DNA of 63,992 bases, the filler included, from Candidatus Hydrogenedentota bacterium (GTDB lineage: Bacteria > JBFMHD01): assembly GCA_040752395.1 (NCBI GenBank). It is 9 parts of 9 records of this genome, joined end to end, with 100 filler letters (N's around TTAATTAATTAA, not from the genome) between each part and the next. Parts side by side here need not be neighbours in the genome. Positions count along the whole stretch, not along the records: positions 35,694 to 41,420 come from JBFMHD010000179.1; positions 41,521 to 62,088 come from JBFMHD010000018.1; 7 more parts are not named here. One strand, 5' to 3'. A program made the position numbers and the translations under genes. Below, one piece after another: positions 41,145 to 52,485 of this stretch. A model generated the notes under the pieces. The model saw only the letters and a list, made by a program, of their open reading frames with translations. It was not told the origin of the DNA and did not search any database. Positions within the stretch are counted from its first letter, which is position 1; each line of letters starts with the position of its first letter.

Positions 41145-41267
41145 TCACCACAGAGGATATATGTCCTGAGGATTCTTATCTTTTGATGCCTTCTTATTAT
41201 GTTCTATTATCTTTATCACCAGAAAAATAGCAGCAATCAGCAGCAAAACAATGATGATATACCACAT
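41145..41267 (-). CDS. 40-aa single-TM small protein (not in the ORF track)
   Basis: MWYIIIVLLLIAAIFLVIKIIEHNKKASKDKNPQDIYPLW, downstream of the repeat-borne GAGGAGGTG. Confidence 0.6.
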   Translation of the reverse strand: MWYIIIVLLLIAAIFLVIKIIEHNKKASKDKNPQDIYPLW

Positions 41268-41280
41268 ATATATTTATAAT

Positions 41281-41420
41281 CACCTCCTCTGAAAAACGCT
41301 GTAACTCTAATAATTCGGGGTACAGGCTACGGGCTACGGACTACAGCCGGCTGGAGCCCGAAGCCCGGAGCCTGTAGCCAACATATCATCTTTAGTTTTT
41401 CATATATTGTGTAGAGCGCA
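41281..41420 (-). repeat. Modular repeat copy (partial A, B, short D) at contig end
   Basis: CCCGAATTATTAGAGTTACAGCGTTTTTCAGAGGAGG on the minus strand. Confidence 0.9.
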
Positions 41421-41520
41421 NNNNNNNNNNNNNNNNNNNNNNNNNNNNNNNNNNNNNNNNNNNNTTAATTAATTAANNNNNNNNNNNNNNNNNNNNNNNN
41501 NNNNNNNNNNNNNNNNNNNN

Positions 41521-41902
41521 TTGGATAACAAATGGCTATCTTGGTGATATAGCTGTTGGTGATATAAGAAATACCCAACCCGGATTTATGAAGGGACCTG
41601 TTTTAGACGGTATTTTAAGCCGCATATGGGAACATATTACTGAGACCTGGTCCGACCATCCAGTTGATTCTCCAAGACGGGTTGTTCTACCAATAGTAAG
41701 CGATTTCCCTAACGGCGCAGATGGCCGTGAGATACTTGCATTTGGTGAATTTTTTATAAATAGAGTCTATGATGGCAATGGTGTTGAGGTACCCTGGAGC
41801 AATTGTTTCAACCCAGATGGTTCCCCTAACCCAAGTGCTGTTACTGGTTCTCAACCTTATTACGAATTTATCTTCCTTGAATACGATTATGATGTCCAAT
41901 AG
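41521..41902 (+). CDS. C-terminal fragment of a probable TadG-like pilus protein (cut by contig start)
   Basis: PRRVVLPIV...ILAFGEFFI motif and Tad-like neighbours. Confidence 0.45.
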
Positions 41903-42061
41903 ATGTACTTAGCAGACCACTTTGTGCCTCTAACCACTCAGAATATGTGAAAAAATTGTAGTAAGCATCTTTAGATGCGTCTTTAAGATCGAGGTATTTA
42001 TATTATTTCTAACAAATTATTAAAATTTTAGTCATTAGTCTTTGACTTGTGACTTATGGCT

Positions 42062-42356
42062 TAGATTCAAAGATTCAAAGATTAAAAATTCAAAATTCAA
42101 AATTAGAAGTAGTGATGGTCTTTAGACCCGTAGTATAGCCGGGTTTACCCATCCATAGACAGGCACAGAGGCACAGAGGCACAAAGGCAGAAAGTTAAAT
42201 TAAAAATTCAAAATTAGGAGTTAGGAGTCAGGAGTCAGACTTCTTGCTTCTTGCCTCTTGCCTCTTTCGTTATCTTTCTTTCCGTTATCTTGCTTCTTGC
42301 TTCTTGCCTCTTGCTTCTACTTGATATCATTAGAGTTACAATGTTTTTCAGAGGAG
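42062..42356 (+). repeat. Modular repeat copy (short-unit tracts, E, C, D)
   Basis: Ends CTACTTGATATCATTAGAGTTACAATGTTTTTCAGAGGAG. Confidence 0.9.
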
Positions 42357-42361
42357 TTATT

Positions 42362-42643
42362 ATGGAATGGGTTATAACAATGATAACGCTTGTAGCAGGC
42401 TGTGTCACAATAGCCTGGTTTATCCGTGATGTAAGAAAAGAGAATAGTAAAATATTAAAATCTATGCTTGATGTCCAGAATACATCACTTGCTGTTCAGA
42501 AAACATCACTTGATGTTCAGCGAGAAGTGGTACAAATACTGGTAAAGATAGAGGAAGGACAACGAGAAGGGTTCAGAATGTTAAGTGAAGATATGACAAA
42601 ATTAGGTGCGATACTTGAAAGGGTCTCATTTGCACCCAGATAA
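42362..42643 (+). CDS. Small protein with an N-terminal TM segment and coiled coil
   Basis: MEWVITMITLVAGCVTIAWFIRD..., with its start directly after the module D SD. Confidence 0.7.
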   Translation: MEWVITMITLVAGCVTIAWFIRDVRKENSKILKSMLDVQNTSLAVQKTSLDVQREVVQILVKIEEGQREGFRMLSEDMTKLGAILERVSFAPR

Positions 42644-44052
<1,409 letters not shown>

Positions 44053-44053
44053 T

Positions 44054-44580
44054 AAGTGTGGTTTGCACTCTACACTATTGCGTTTTTGCGTTATTGGGTT
44101 ATTGGGTTATTGCGTTCTAAATTCTGGCTGTTGACTACAGATCTCATCATTCCGCATTTTTTAAAGGATGTTGGCTTCAGGCTCCGGGCTTTTGGCTCCA
44201 GCCGGCTGTAGTCCGTAGCCTGTAGCCTGCTGAAAAGTCTTGAGTCTTGAGTCCTGTTTTGACTCACGACTTACGACTCACGACTCTTTTCATATCATCT
44301 TTAGTTTTTCATCCTTTGTACCTTTGTGCCTCTGTGCCTCTTGTTTCTTCCGTTATCTTGCTTCTTGCTTCTACTTGATATTATTAGAGTTAGAATGTTT
44401 TTCGAAGGAGTCAACATGAGCGCGGTTTGCGCTCTACACAATCTATGAAAAACAGGTTTTTTTCCCTTACTTTTAACTTTTGCCTTTTAACTTTTAACTT
44501 GTCATAGGAGTTAGAAGTTAGGAGTTCGTAATAATAGATCCGAGCTTCGAGCTCCGAACTCCGAACTTTTTCAAAGGAGG
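44054..44580. repeat. Rearranged modular repeat cluster: degenerate F, B(+), A(-), E(-), C(+), D(+), F(+)
   Basis: Module A appears as CTGAAAAGTCTTGAGTC...GACTCACGAC immediately after a forward module B. Confidence 0.9.
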
Positions 44581-44582
44581 CG

Positions 44583-46502
44583 ATGCCTATGTTTAAAACT
44601 AAAGAACGTGGTTCGATGATGGTATTTATCGCATTTATGATGTTAGTATTCATAGTATTGCTCGCTTTAATTATTGACATCGGTTTTAGATACGCTGAGC
44701 GACAGAACCTTGTTAATCTTTGCGATGCTGCTGCGTTAGCAGGGGTAAGTGATTTACCTGATAGTAAACCCCAGGCCATTGGTGATGCGATCAAGTATGC
44801 ATTATACAATAATTATAACGGCGAGATAAATATCGGTGGTTTCCTCGATACGAGTATCGCCACACCACCGCTTTCACAATATACAGAAGCACAGCTTAAA
44901 ACGTTTCTTATTCAATCATTAAACCAACCTGCAGGCAGTTACGGTTTATACTATGACAATTTTATTTCGATACCATTAGAGAATTTCACACAAGCAGAGT
45001 GGACCAGCTCACTTGTAGGCGACCTTGTAAATACTTATACTGACCCTGACTCAGTCACGTCGATGTATAATCCGTCCAAACATTTCACATTGACACTAGT
45101 TCCTGGCTGTCCTACGCCAGAAATATTAAGTCAGGGTGCGGACCCTGAGCGGGCGTTCTTTGTCGGCGCTATTGAGAAGAGTGTCAATCTTTTTGCAAGC
45201 TCATTCTATGATTATTACTCCTCGCTCGGTGCTCATGCAGTTGCTTATAATAATATAAATTATGAAAATGATATGGAAAACTATTCTGACTCAATAAACC
45301 TCCAGGCCCATCTCCATGGCACACCTGTAATCGCTAATGGGAGATTGTATCAAGGGACCGCTACAACGAGCGGCGGGCTGATGTTTTGTCTAGATCCTGA
45401 GACCCTTATGCCTTACTGGTATTTTGATACTAAAGACGGTACGCTTGTAACATATGATATTGTTACAGGTGAGGTCCTCTCAACTACTAACTATGCAACC
45501 TATGGTCATGGCGCAGGTTCTCATGGTATCCAGACAACCATCGCTTATGATAATGATTATATTTATTTTCAATCTACCAATGGTTATATGTACGCGCTTA
45601 ATGCTCAAAATGGTCAGCCTGTATGGCAGACCCAATTATCATCGGGCCAGGAATCTAATGTCTGGGTAAACTCTTCACCAGCTGTATGTGATGATTATAT
45701 AATCACGGGCCAGGTAGATGGCACTGTACAATCTCTAAATAAAGCTACAGGTGCTGTTGTCAGTACTTATACCACTGGTAATGCTGTTATTTCAAGTCCA
45801 ACTGTTGTTGAAAATAACACAGTTTATATTGGCAGCAATGATGGAAAGCTGTATTCATTAGCTGTAGATCAAAACAATGGTACTCTTACTCAGAACTGGA
45901 GTTATACAACAGGTGGTAGTGTTCGTGCCAACCCCACATATTATAACGGTTCTGTATATTTCGGTTCAGATGATAACAAGTTTTATAAGCTTGATGGAAC
46001 AACAGGAGCACAGACGTGGGAATATAATACAGGTCTGAACCCGAGTTATCCAAATTTTAGAAATGGTGCTGCAATAGAAGAAAGGTATAATGCAAGCACT
46101 TTAAGTTTAGATAAGTATGTTCATGTTGGAGATTCGTATGGAAAGATATATTGCATCCAGGATAATGGTAGTTCTAATACTTTATCCTGGTCAGTACAGC
46201 CGCCTGCGGTCAAGGATGGTTATCCTGTATGCAGCAGGGTCGAATCAACACCTACTATAATTAATAATGTGGTTTATTATGTAACCCGGAATGAGGGTGG
46301 TGGTATAAAGAGTGGTGCTGTGTATGCTTATGACACAACTAATGGCTCTCTTCTTGATAGCTACTGGCTCGCTAATGACTCTCATGCTACACTTATAACA
46401 CAGGAAGGCTATGTTTATTTTGGTGGTTGTGATAATTTATTACACAAGCAGACTGACTTACAAAACTTATCATTTCTTTGTGATTGGTATTTGATACAAT
46501 GA
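44583..46502 (+). CDS. TadG-like pseudopilin fused to a PQQ-like beta-propeller
   Basis: ERGSMMV...LIIDIG...DAAALAG, followed by repeated SSP...VYIGS.DGKLY.L blades. Confidence 0.8.
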   Translation: MPMFKTKERGSMMVFIAFMMLVFIVLLALIIDIGFRYAERQNLVNLCDAAALAGVSDLPDSKPQAIGDAIKYALYNNYNGEINIGGFLDTSIATPPLSQYTEAQLKTFLIQSLNQPAGSYGLYYDNFISIPLENFTQAEWTSSLVGDLVNTYTDPDSVTSMYNPSKHFTLTLVPGCPTPEILSQGADPERAFFVGAIEKSVNLFASSFYDYYSSLGAHAVAYNNINYENDMENYSDSINLQAHLHGTPVIANGRLYQGTATTSGGLMFCLDPETLMPYWYFDTKDGTLVTYDIVTGEVLSTTNYATYGHGAGSHGIQTTIAYDNDYIYFQSTNGYMYALNAQNGQPVWQTQLSSGQESNVWVNSSPAVCDDYIITGQVDGTVQSLNKATGAVVSTYTTGNAVISSPTVVENNTVYIGSNDGKLYSLAVDQNNGTLTQNWSYTTGGSVRANPTYYNGSVYFGSDDNKFYKLDGTTGAQTWEYNTGLNPSYPNFRNGAAIEERYNASTLSLDKYVHVGDSYGKIYCIQDNGSSNTLSWSVQPPAVKDGYPVCSRVESTPTIINNVVYYVTRNEGGGIKSGAVYAYDTTNGSLLDSYWLANDSHATLITQEGYVYFGGCDNLLHKQTDLQNLSFLCDWYLIQ

Positions 46503-46506
46503 TATA

Positions 46507-46712
46507 CTTTTAACTTTTTAATGTTTTTCGAAAGAGTGCCCATGAGCGCGGTTTGCGCTCTACACTATTGGGTTCTTGGGTTATTGCGTTATTGCGTTTT
46601 TGCGTTATCTTGCTTCTTGCCTCTTGCTTCTTTCGTTATCTTTCTTTTTCGTTATCTTGCTTCTTGCTTCTACTTGATATCATTAGAGTTACAATGTTTT
46701 TCAGAGGAGGAG
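46507..46712 (+). repeat. Modular repeat copy (F, ATTGCGTT tract, C, D)
   Basis: Starts ATGTTTTTCGAAAGAG and ends ATGTTTTTCAGAGGAGGAG. Confidence 0.9.
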
Positions 46713-46719
46713 TACTACA

Positions 46720-47241
46720 ATGAAAAGAAATCTTACTTCTTACTTCTTACTTCTTACTTTTATAATATCCTGTGGTTCGAGTGAAGAGCGCGATTTTAAA
46801 AATGTCAAAGAAAAACTGCTTGAGCAAAAAAAAATGGGCGAGTTAGTAAAGCATGATGCTCCGGCTCCACAGCCCAGGCAACCAGTACCAAAACCACCCC
46901 AGAACAAATACACGATTTATTTAAACGGTGAATCGTACGGTCCTATAATCGCAGAAGAAGTAATCCAATGGATAAAAGAGAGACGCATCTGCCCATCAAC
47001 ATATATCTCTAAAAATAACTCTGAATATAAACCTCTCAGTTATCAGACTGAATTTTACGATATTCTTGTTGAAATCTTCCCGGAAGAAATGGGACGTGAT
47101 TCTCTGGTTTCAGAAAAACAGATAAAAAGTAGTTCGGCAACTGGCGCCAACATTGTAGAATACAGCGACAGACCATCTCAATCTCAACCGGTTATCCCAA
47201 AATCAAAAATAGTCACAGGCCCTGTTCCGCCAGACGAATAA
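46720..47241 (+). CDS. Lipoprotein with a GYF_2/DUF4339-like domain
   Basis: Lipobox IISC and the motif NGESYGPI....VIQWIKERRI. Confidence 0.65.
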   Translation: MKRNLTSYFLLLTFIISCGSSEERDFKNVKEKLLEQKKMGELVKHDAPAPQPRQPVPKPPQNKYTIYLNGESYGPIIAEEVIQWIKERRICPSTYISKNNSEYKPLSYQTEFYDILVEIFPEEMGRDSLVSEKQIKSSSATGANIVEYSDRPSQSQPVIPKSKIVTGPVPPDE

Positions 47242-47383
47242 TATTATAGAGAGCTCTTAAAAAACCTTGTTCGTAAGACACAAGGATTGAAAGATTCAAA
47301 GATTAAAAAATTGAAAGATACGGCAAGGAAGAGTATATTTATCTTGCTTCTTGCCTCTTGCTTCTAAATTAAAGAAGACCTCT

Positions 47384-48130
47384 ATGCAAAGGTTGTTATT
47401 TTATTGCTTTCTTATTTTATCATTTATATTTGTAGATTGCGGCAAAAAAGAAAAGATCCATTATCTTGCAGACCGTGATAACCTACAAAATAAGCCTGTC
47501 AATAAAAAAAATATCCCTGATTTTATGAAACCACTGCCATTTTCAAAAGAAGAAATAACAAAAGTTATATATCCAACAGCTTACAAAAAAAATTCTCAAT
47601 ACTATTATAAAGAAAATGAGATCGAATACAACATCATTCTTCGTGAGGTCCATAAAGGGAATGTCGATAATGATGATGACCTCGAGTACGGAATTGGAAC
47701 AGATTTAATCCCTGTTAAGGATAAACATAATAAATATGGTTTTTTTACAATATTTAAAACGACACCCTCTGAATTAAAAGTGTTTTATCAGATAAAAACA
47801 GCTTTTGAATCTAAAAGAAATATAATTGATCTCAGTCCGAATGATAATTTCGGAGAAATCTATATCTATGAGATCGCCAGCGATATATCCAAGAATTTAA
47901 TAATAAGTAAACATATAATTTATAAATATATTAATAATGAATTTAAAATCATCTGGGAATATGCTGATAAATACAAAGATAAGCCATCTGTTCAATGTTA
48001 TTTTACTGACTTACCCGAGATCGCGGGAGAAGATAATTTCTGGGAAATCGTCATCAAAACCGGTAAAAAGGATATAATTTACAGATGGGACAGCGAAAAA
48101 TACATCCTTGAAAAAACTATAAAAAAATAA
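47384..48130 (+). CDS. Hypothetical lipoprotein
   Basis: Signal MQRLLF...FVDC. Start reassigned to past the repeat tract. Confidence 0.65.
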   Translation: MQRLLFYCFLILSFIFVDCGKKEKIHYLADRDNLQNKPVNKKNIPDFMKPLPFSKEEITKVIYPTAYKKNSQYYYKENEIEYNIILREVHKGNVDNDDDLEYGIGTDLIPVKDKHNKYGFFTIFKTTPSELKVFYQIKTAFESKRNIIDLSPNDNFGEIYIYEIASDISKNLIISKHIIYKYINNEFKIIWEYADKYKDKPSVQCYFTDLPEIAGEDNFWEIVIKTGKKDIIYRWDSEKYILEKTIKK

Positions 48131-48204
48131 TCAGAAACCCACTATTTATTTCTGTTGACGTTATCTATATTATGGGTTATACATTTATTTTGAGGTGATG
48201 AATA

Positions 48205-48420
48205 TTGATAAAATATCCTGTTATTGTTCATAAAAGCAAATATGGGTATGATGTTGAATGTCCAGTGCTTCCTGGATGCTGTTCCCAGGGTGATACATTT
48301 AAAGAAGCTATTGAAAACATCAAAGACGCTATAAAAACCTATCTTGCAACTATTGAAGAACTTAATAAAAGAAAAATCAGTAGAAACAAAACTCTTAAGT
48401 ACGTGGAGGTAGCTGTATAA
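48205..48420 (+). CDS. HicB-family antitoxin (short form)
   Basis: Motif YDVECPVLPGCCSQGDTFKEAIENIKDAI. Confidence 0.88.
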   Translation: MIKYPVIVHKSKYGYDVECPVLPGCCSQGDTFKEAIENIKDAIKTYLATIEELNKRKISRNKTLKYVEVAV

Positions 48421-48421
48421 T

Positions 48422-48565
48422 TTGTTATTTACTGATTTGTCAAATGAACGTATAATTAGAGTTCTACAAAAAATAGGATTTGAAATCATCAAGCATGGAA
48501 AACATACCAGTATGGCCAAGGGGAAATATATTGTCACTATTCCGCGGCATAACAGGACTAACTGA
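48422..48565 (+). pseudogene. Truncated HicA-family toxin
   Basis: IIRVLQKIGFEIIKHGKHTSMAKGKYIVTIPRH, then a stop; the C-terminal helices are missing. Confidence 0.65.
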
Positions 48566-48573
48566 TAACGAAT

Positions 48574-50856
48574 TTGAAAATCTTTTATGAGACTGAATAT
48601 AGTATTAATATGTTTCTTAATAATATTGCCAAGACAAATAAGGTACTTAATATAAAATTAAAACATTTTAAGATTATAAAAATTGTTTTTTTATCAATAC
48701 CTGTATTATTTAATCTCTCTGTTATATTAAAATTGATATGGGGGTTTGAAATCTATGGCGACGATAATTCGTATCATCTTGCTGTATGCAGATACAATGA
48801 ACAATTGCTAAAAAATGGTTTTAACCCATTAGATAGTTTTATTCCTTACTGGAACTGTGGGTTCCCGATTAATCAATACTACAACCCGCTTGCACGAATC
48901 ATTGTACCGCTTGTGCACCTCGTATTGTTTTATCTGCCTTTGTATATAATTTTCAATTTATTTATTGTGATATTATATTCGACTTTCCCCTTAATAATAT
49001 ATTATTCAGCAAAGAAAATGAATATGAACCCTGTTGGTAGTATCTGTTCAGCACTTGTTTCTACGCTCATACTTGGTGAACAATCATTTGGTATAGAATA
49101 TTCCTCTACATTTTATTCGGGTCTTTTCACTCAATTATTTGGTGTCTATTCTCTCCCGCTTGCAATCGCGTTCTCATATAAATCTTTATTCAAAGATTTC
49201 AAAAAATGTTATCTTTTACCTGTTTTACTATTGTCTCTTACTCTGCTTTTTCATTCGATAGTCGGTTTCATAGCGATAATCTCGATTATATTAATTGTGT
49301 TTATAGATTTTTCCCCGCAATTAAATAAAAGATATCAGCTACCAAATTATGTATTACAAACTAAAAAAATATTAAAAATAGTTATAATAATAATGCTCTC
49401 TTTTTTAATAACCGGATTTTTCTTTATTCCTGCGATTATTCATTCCAATGCCAATGGTGAGGAACCATTTGCTCCTTTGTATATGCAGGATTCTTTCGGT
49501 ACCATTCCTGTACTTAAAAAATTATTCACAGGTAAGATGTTTGATAATGGCCGTTTGCCTGTTTATTCTTTATTATTACTTCTCGGTATCATCTCTTGTA
49601 TTTTAAGAAAGAACAGGGTTATAAAATTTTTACTACTCGGATTCTTTGTTTTTCTTCTCTTATATTTTGGAAGAAACAGCCCTGTGGGTAAAATAATAAA
49701 CCTGCTCCCGCTATCATCTTTCCTCCCTATGTTTAGATTTGTCATCGGTGTTCATTTCTTCTCTATCTTCATTGTCGGTTATGCGTTACAGAGAATAATA
49801 TTTTTCAATCTACCATTCCGCACTGGCCAGCGTTTGAGAAGATGCTTTATTATATTGCCACTTATTGCTATCATATACCTCTACACAAGTAATAAAAAAA
49901 GTATGTTCTGTGAAACTTTTATTAACTATAGAAAAGAGCTAAATTATAGAAATATTCTTTTAGATATAGTAAAAAAACTCAAAACCTTACCGGTTGCCCG
50001 TCTATATATAAGTGATACTTTTTGTGATGGCAGCCATTTTACCTATGGTTTATTGCCTATGTATTCTGATAAGCCTGTGTTATACGGTTATACAGTAGCA
50101 GCAGGCCTTAACTCATTACCATTCTATTATTCCCAGTATCTGGCACTTGACAACGCTTCTGAATTAAATTTATTTAACGTTCGATATCTATTATCATTCA
50201 ATGACAGACGACCACCCCTTCTTTTTAATAAAATATATTCGAATAAAATATATTCGTTATATGAATTCAACACAAGCGGTTATTTTGACGTATGTTATTC
50301 TGATATCGCAATAATCGGAAACAAAAAGTCTGTAAGAAAAACCATACTTAATTTCTGGTCACATTCTTCATTATTACAACAAAAAAGATTTATCACTATC
50401 TTTGACGAGAAAGCTGATTATAGTAAAAGCATAAGTTTTAAAAACAGGATATATGTAAATAATAATGGTGACATCATTGAATTAATCTGGAACAATTGTA
50501 AAATACCTGTAGATCAGCTTAATCATCTATTATTAAATACCACTAATCCTGTCCCTGTAATACAGATTATTGAAGAAAAAATAGATTATAACAAGTATTC
50601 TGCAAAGGTCTCTGTGGATACCGATGCTATTATATTATTAAAAGTTTCTTATCATCCCTATTTTAAATGTTTCGTAGATGAAAACAAGACCGAGATAATA
50701 CAATTGTCACCAGGATTTATAGGTGCAAAAATCAATCAGGGAATACATAACGTAACATTTATCTATAAACCGGGTATGGAAAAATATATCCTTTATCTAA
50801 TCTCTATAGCTACTATTTTATTTTTAATAATTATACCTCACTTTTCACACCGGTGA
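48574..50856 (+). CDS. YfhO/PTPS-related multi-TM membrane protein (GT-C-like)
   Basis: D...H, YWNCGFP..QYYNPL and C-terminal LKVSYHPYF...VD. Start uncertain. Confidence 0.7.
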   Translation: MKIFYETEYSINMFLNNIAKTNKVLNIKLKHFKIIKIVFLSIPVLFNLSVILKLIWGFEIYGDDNSYHLAVCRYNEQLLKNGFNPLDSFIPYWNCGFPINQYYNPLARIIVPLVHLVLFYLPLYIIFNLFIVILYSTFPLIIYYSAKKMNMNPVGSICSALVSTLILGEQSFGIEYSSTFYSGLFTQLFGVYSLPLAIAFSYKSLFKDFKKCYLLPVLLLSLTLLFHSIVGFIAIISIILIVFIDFSPQLNKRYQLPNYVLQTKKILKIVIIIMLSFLITGFFFIPAIIHSNANGEEPFAPLYMQDSFGTIPVLKKLFTGKMFDNGRLPVYSLLLLLGIISCILRKNRVIKFLLLGFFVFLLLYFGRNSPVGKIINLLPLSSFLPMFRFVIGVHFFSIFIVGYALQRIIFFNLPFRTGQRLRRCFIILPLIAIIYLYTSNKKSMFCETFINYRKELNYRNILLDIVKKLKTLPVARLYISDTFCDGSHFTYGLLPMYSDKPVLYGYTVAAGLNSLPFYYSQYLALDNASELNLFNVRYLLSFNDRRPPLLFNKIYSNKIYSLYEFNTSGYFDVCYSDIAIIGNKKSVRKTILNFWSHSSLLQQKRFITIFDEKADYSKSISFKNRIYVNNNGDIIELIWNNCKIPVDQLNHLLLNTTNPVPVIQIIEEKIDYNKYSAKVSVDTDAIILLKVSYHPYFKCFVDENKTEIIQLSPGFIGAKINQGIHNVTFIYKPGMEKYILYLISIATILFLIIIPHFSHR

Positions 50857-50926
50857 TAACCTCCATACAGAATTTACTTGACATTTATTCTTTGTTGTAA
50901 TATTGGTTTTAATAAAGCCGCTACCA

Positions 50927-52423
50927 TCAATTGCCAGAAACAAAAAACTGTCCGGTAAACAATTGGTGTGATGTTAATACATAGATAATTACAAAATAAA
51001 TCAATAGATATATCAATGCGATAACTACACTTCTATCCATAATCGCTACATTACAAGGAATATATTCTTTTATATTTACAGGAATAACGAGAAGCAGTAA
51101 GAGAAATACAGGCATAACAAAATAAATAAATCTCTTCTTAAATATCTCTATTTTTGTATCAAGAAAAACAAAAGGAGAAAGATAAAGAAAAATTAAGGAT
51201 ACCAATTTATAATTATACGAACAAGATGGCAGTATATCCATTACTATATTTAAAATTACAAGCTCAAGCAGAATAAGTTTATCCCTGTTTTTATTCTTTA
51301 TAACGATTACTACGTATGCTGATATCATAAAAGCGCTTATAATCTTGTATAGGTTTAAGAGCGCTGTCTTGTTTAATGAAAATAACTTAAGAAAATATAA
51401 GAGTGAATGATTCACCCACGAATCAGGTACACAACCCGAAAAAACCGGTAAAACATTAAAAATATAGTAATACCAGTTATTTAACCCTGTAAGTATGATT
51501 ATAATTATACTCAGTATCAGAGCCATTATTAATATCTTGAATTCTTTTCTTATCAAAAAGAAAAAAATAAAAATACCAGGATAAAGCTTGAGCATAAATG
51601 CAAGGGTAAAAAACAGAGCCGTTAGATATTTATTATTTTTTAAAAGATAAAAATAAATAAAAAGAACAATGAATAGCAGAACCAGAATGTCGGTCTGACC
51701 TCGTTCTAAATGAAATATTAAAAAGTGTGATTGAAAGTATAAAACAAACAATGATATGAATGACATGAACTTAAACCGCGTTAATTGTGAAATAAAATAT
51801 ATAGATACTATAAGAAGTAGCAAACTTATAAGAGTCCATAAATAATAAGCGGTTTTGAAAGAAAGAAAAGCAAATGGTATAAAAACATAAGCGAGTAAAG
51901 GAGTACCAACAAATCTGCTTCTTTCTTTTAAATAATAGCATTCATCAGCATAGATATCATAATATTTCTCGCCTTTATCCCTGTTATTTATATATATATT
52001 GTAACTATCTAAGGTGGTAGTGCCACCAACCAAACTTCTATTTGAGGATTTTTGACGCAATGTAGTTAAGTTAAAATTCTGCTCGAATTGCACAGATCTC
52101 ACAATATAAGAATCTAACAGAGTAAGCCCAGCTATATAATTAGCTAAATAGTCACCACCTGGTCTCGGATCAACTGGCATATATCCAAACCCGAGCGGTT
52201 TCGTATACTTATCCTGCGTAATACCATAATAAAGCGGTATAAAAAAAGATGATATTAAACTAAAAATAAATAATAGAAATAAAAGATAAATCACTTCCTT
52301 CTCTTTTAATTCGCTCTGGATTTGAGAGTATAAACTTTCCATAATCATAATAGTAAAGAAATAAGATAATAGAGTATCAAAAATATACATATTGAGAAGA
52401 AAAAAAAGAGACCCGAAAAACAA
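50927..52423 (-). CDS. GT87/DUF2029-like membrane glycosyltransferase
   Basis: Motifs DYLANY, TPLLAYVFIPF, RGQTD, LKLYP and NHSL. Start uncertain. Confidence 0.7.
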   Translation of the reverse strand: MFFGSLFFLLNMYIFDTLLSYFFTIMIMESLYSQIQSELKEKEVIYLLFLLFIFSLISSFFIPLYYGITQDKYTKPLGFGYMPVDPRPGGDYLANYIAGLTLLDSYIVRSVQFEQNFNLTTLRQKSSNRSLVGGTTTLDSYNIYINNRDKGEKYYDIYADECYYLKERSRFVGTPLLAYVFIPFAFLSFKTAYYLWTLISLLLLIVSIYFISQLTRFKFMSFISLFVLYFQSHFLIFHLERGQTDILVLLFIVLFIYFYLLKNNKYLTALFFTLAFMLKLYPGIFIFFFLIRKEFKILIMALILSIIIIILTGLNNWYYYIFNVLPVFSGCVPDSWVNHSLLYFLKLFSLNKTALLNLYKIISAFMISAYVVIVIKNKNRDKLILLELVILNIVMDILPSCSYNYKLVSLIFLYLSPFVFLDTKIEIFKKRFIYFVMPVFLLLLLVIPVNIKEYIPCNVAIMDRSVVIALIYLLIYFVIIYVLTSHQLFTGQFFVSGN

Positions 52424-52438
52424 GAATTGACTTAAAAA

Positions 52439-52466
52439 TAAAAAAATAGTAGCTTATAGCCGATAA
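52439..52466 (+). promoter_or_regulatory. Sigma-28 (FliA)-type promoter upstream of fliS
   Basis: TAAA-N16-GCCGATAA. Confidence 0.7.
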
Positions 52467-52485
52467 ACCAAAAGAGCATTAACAA

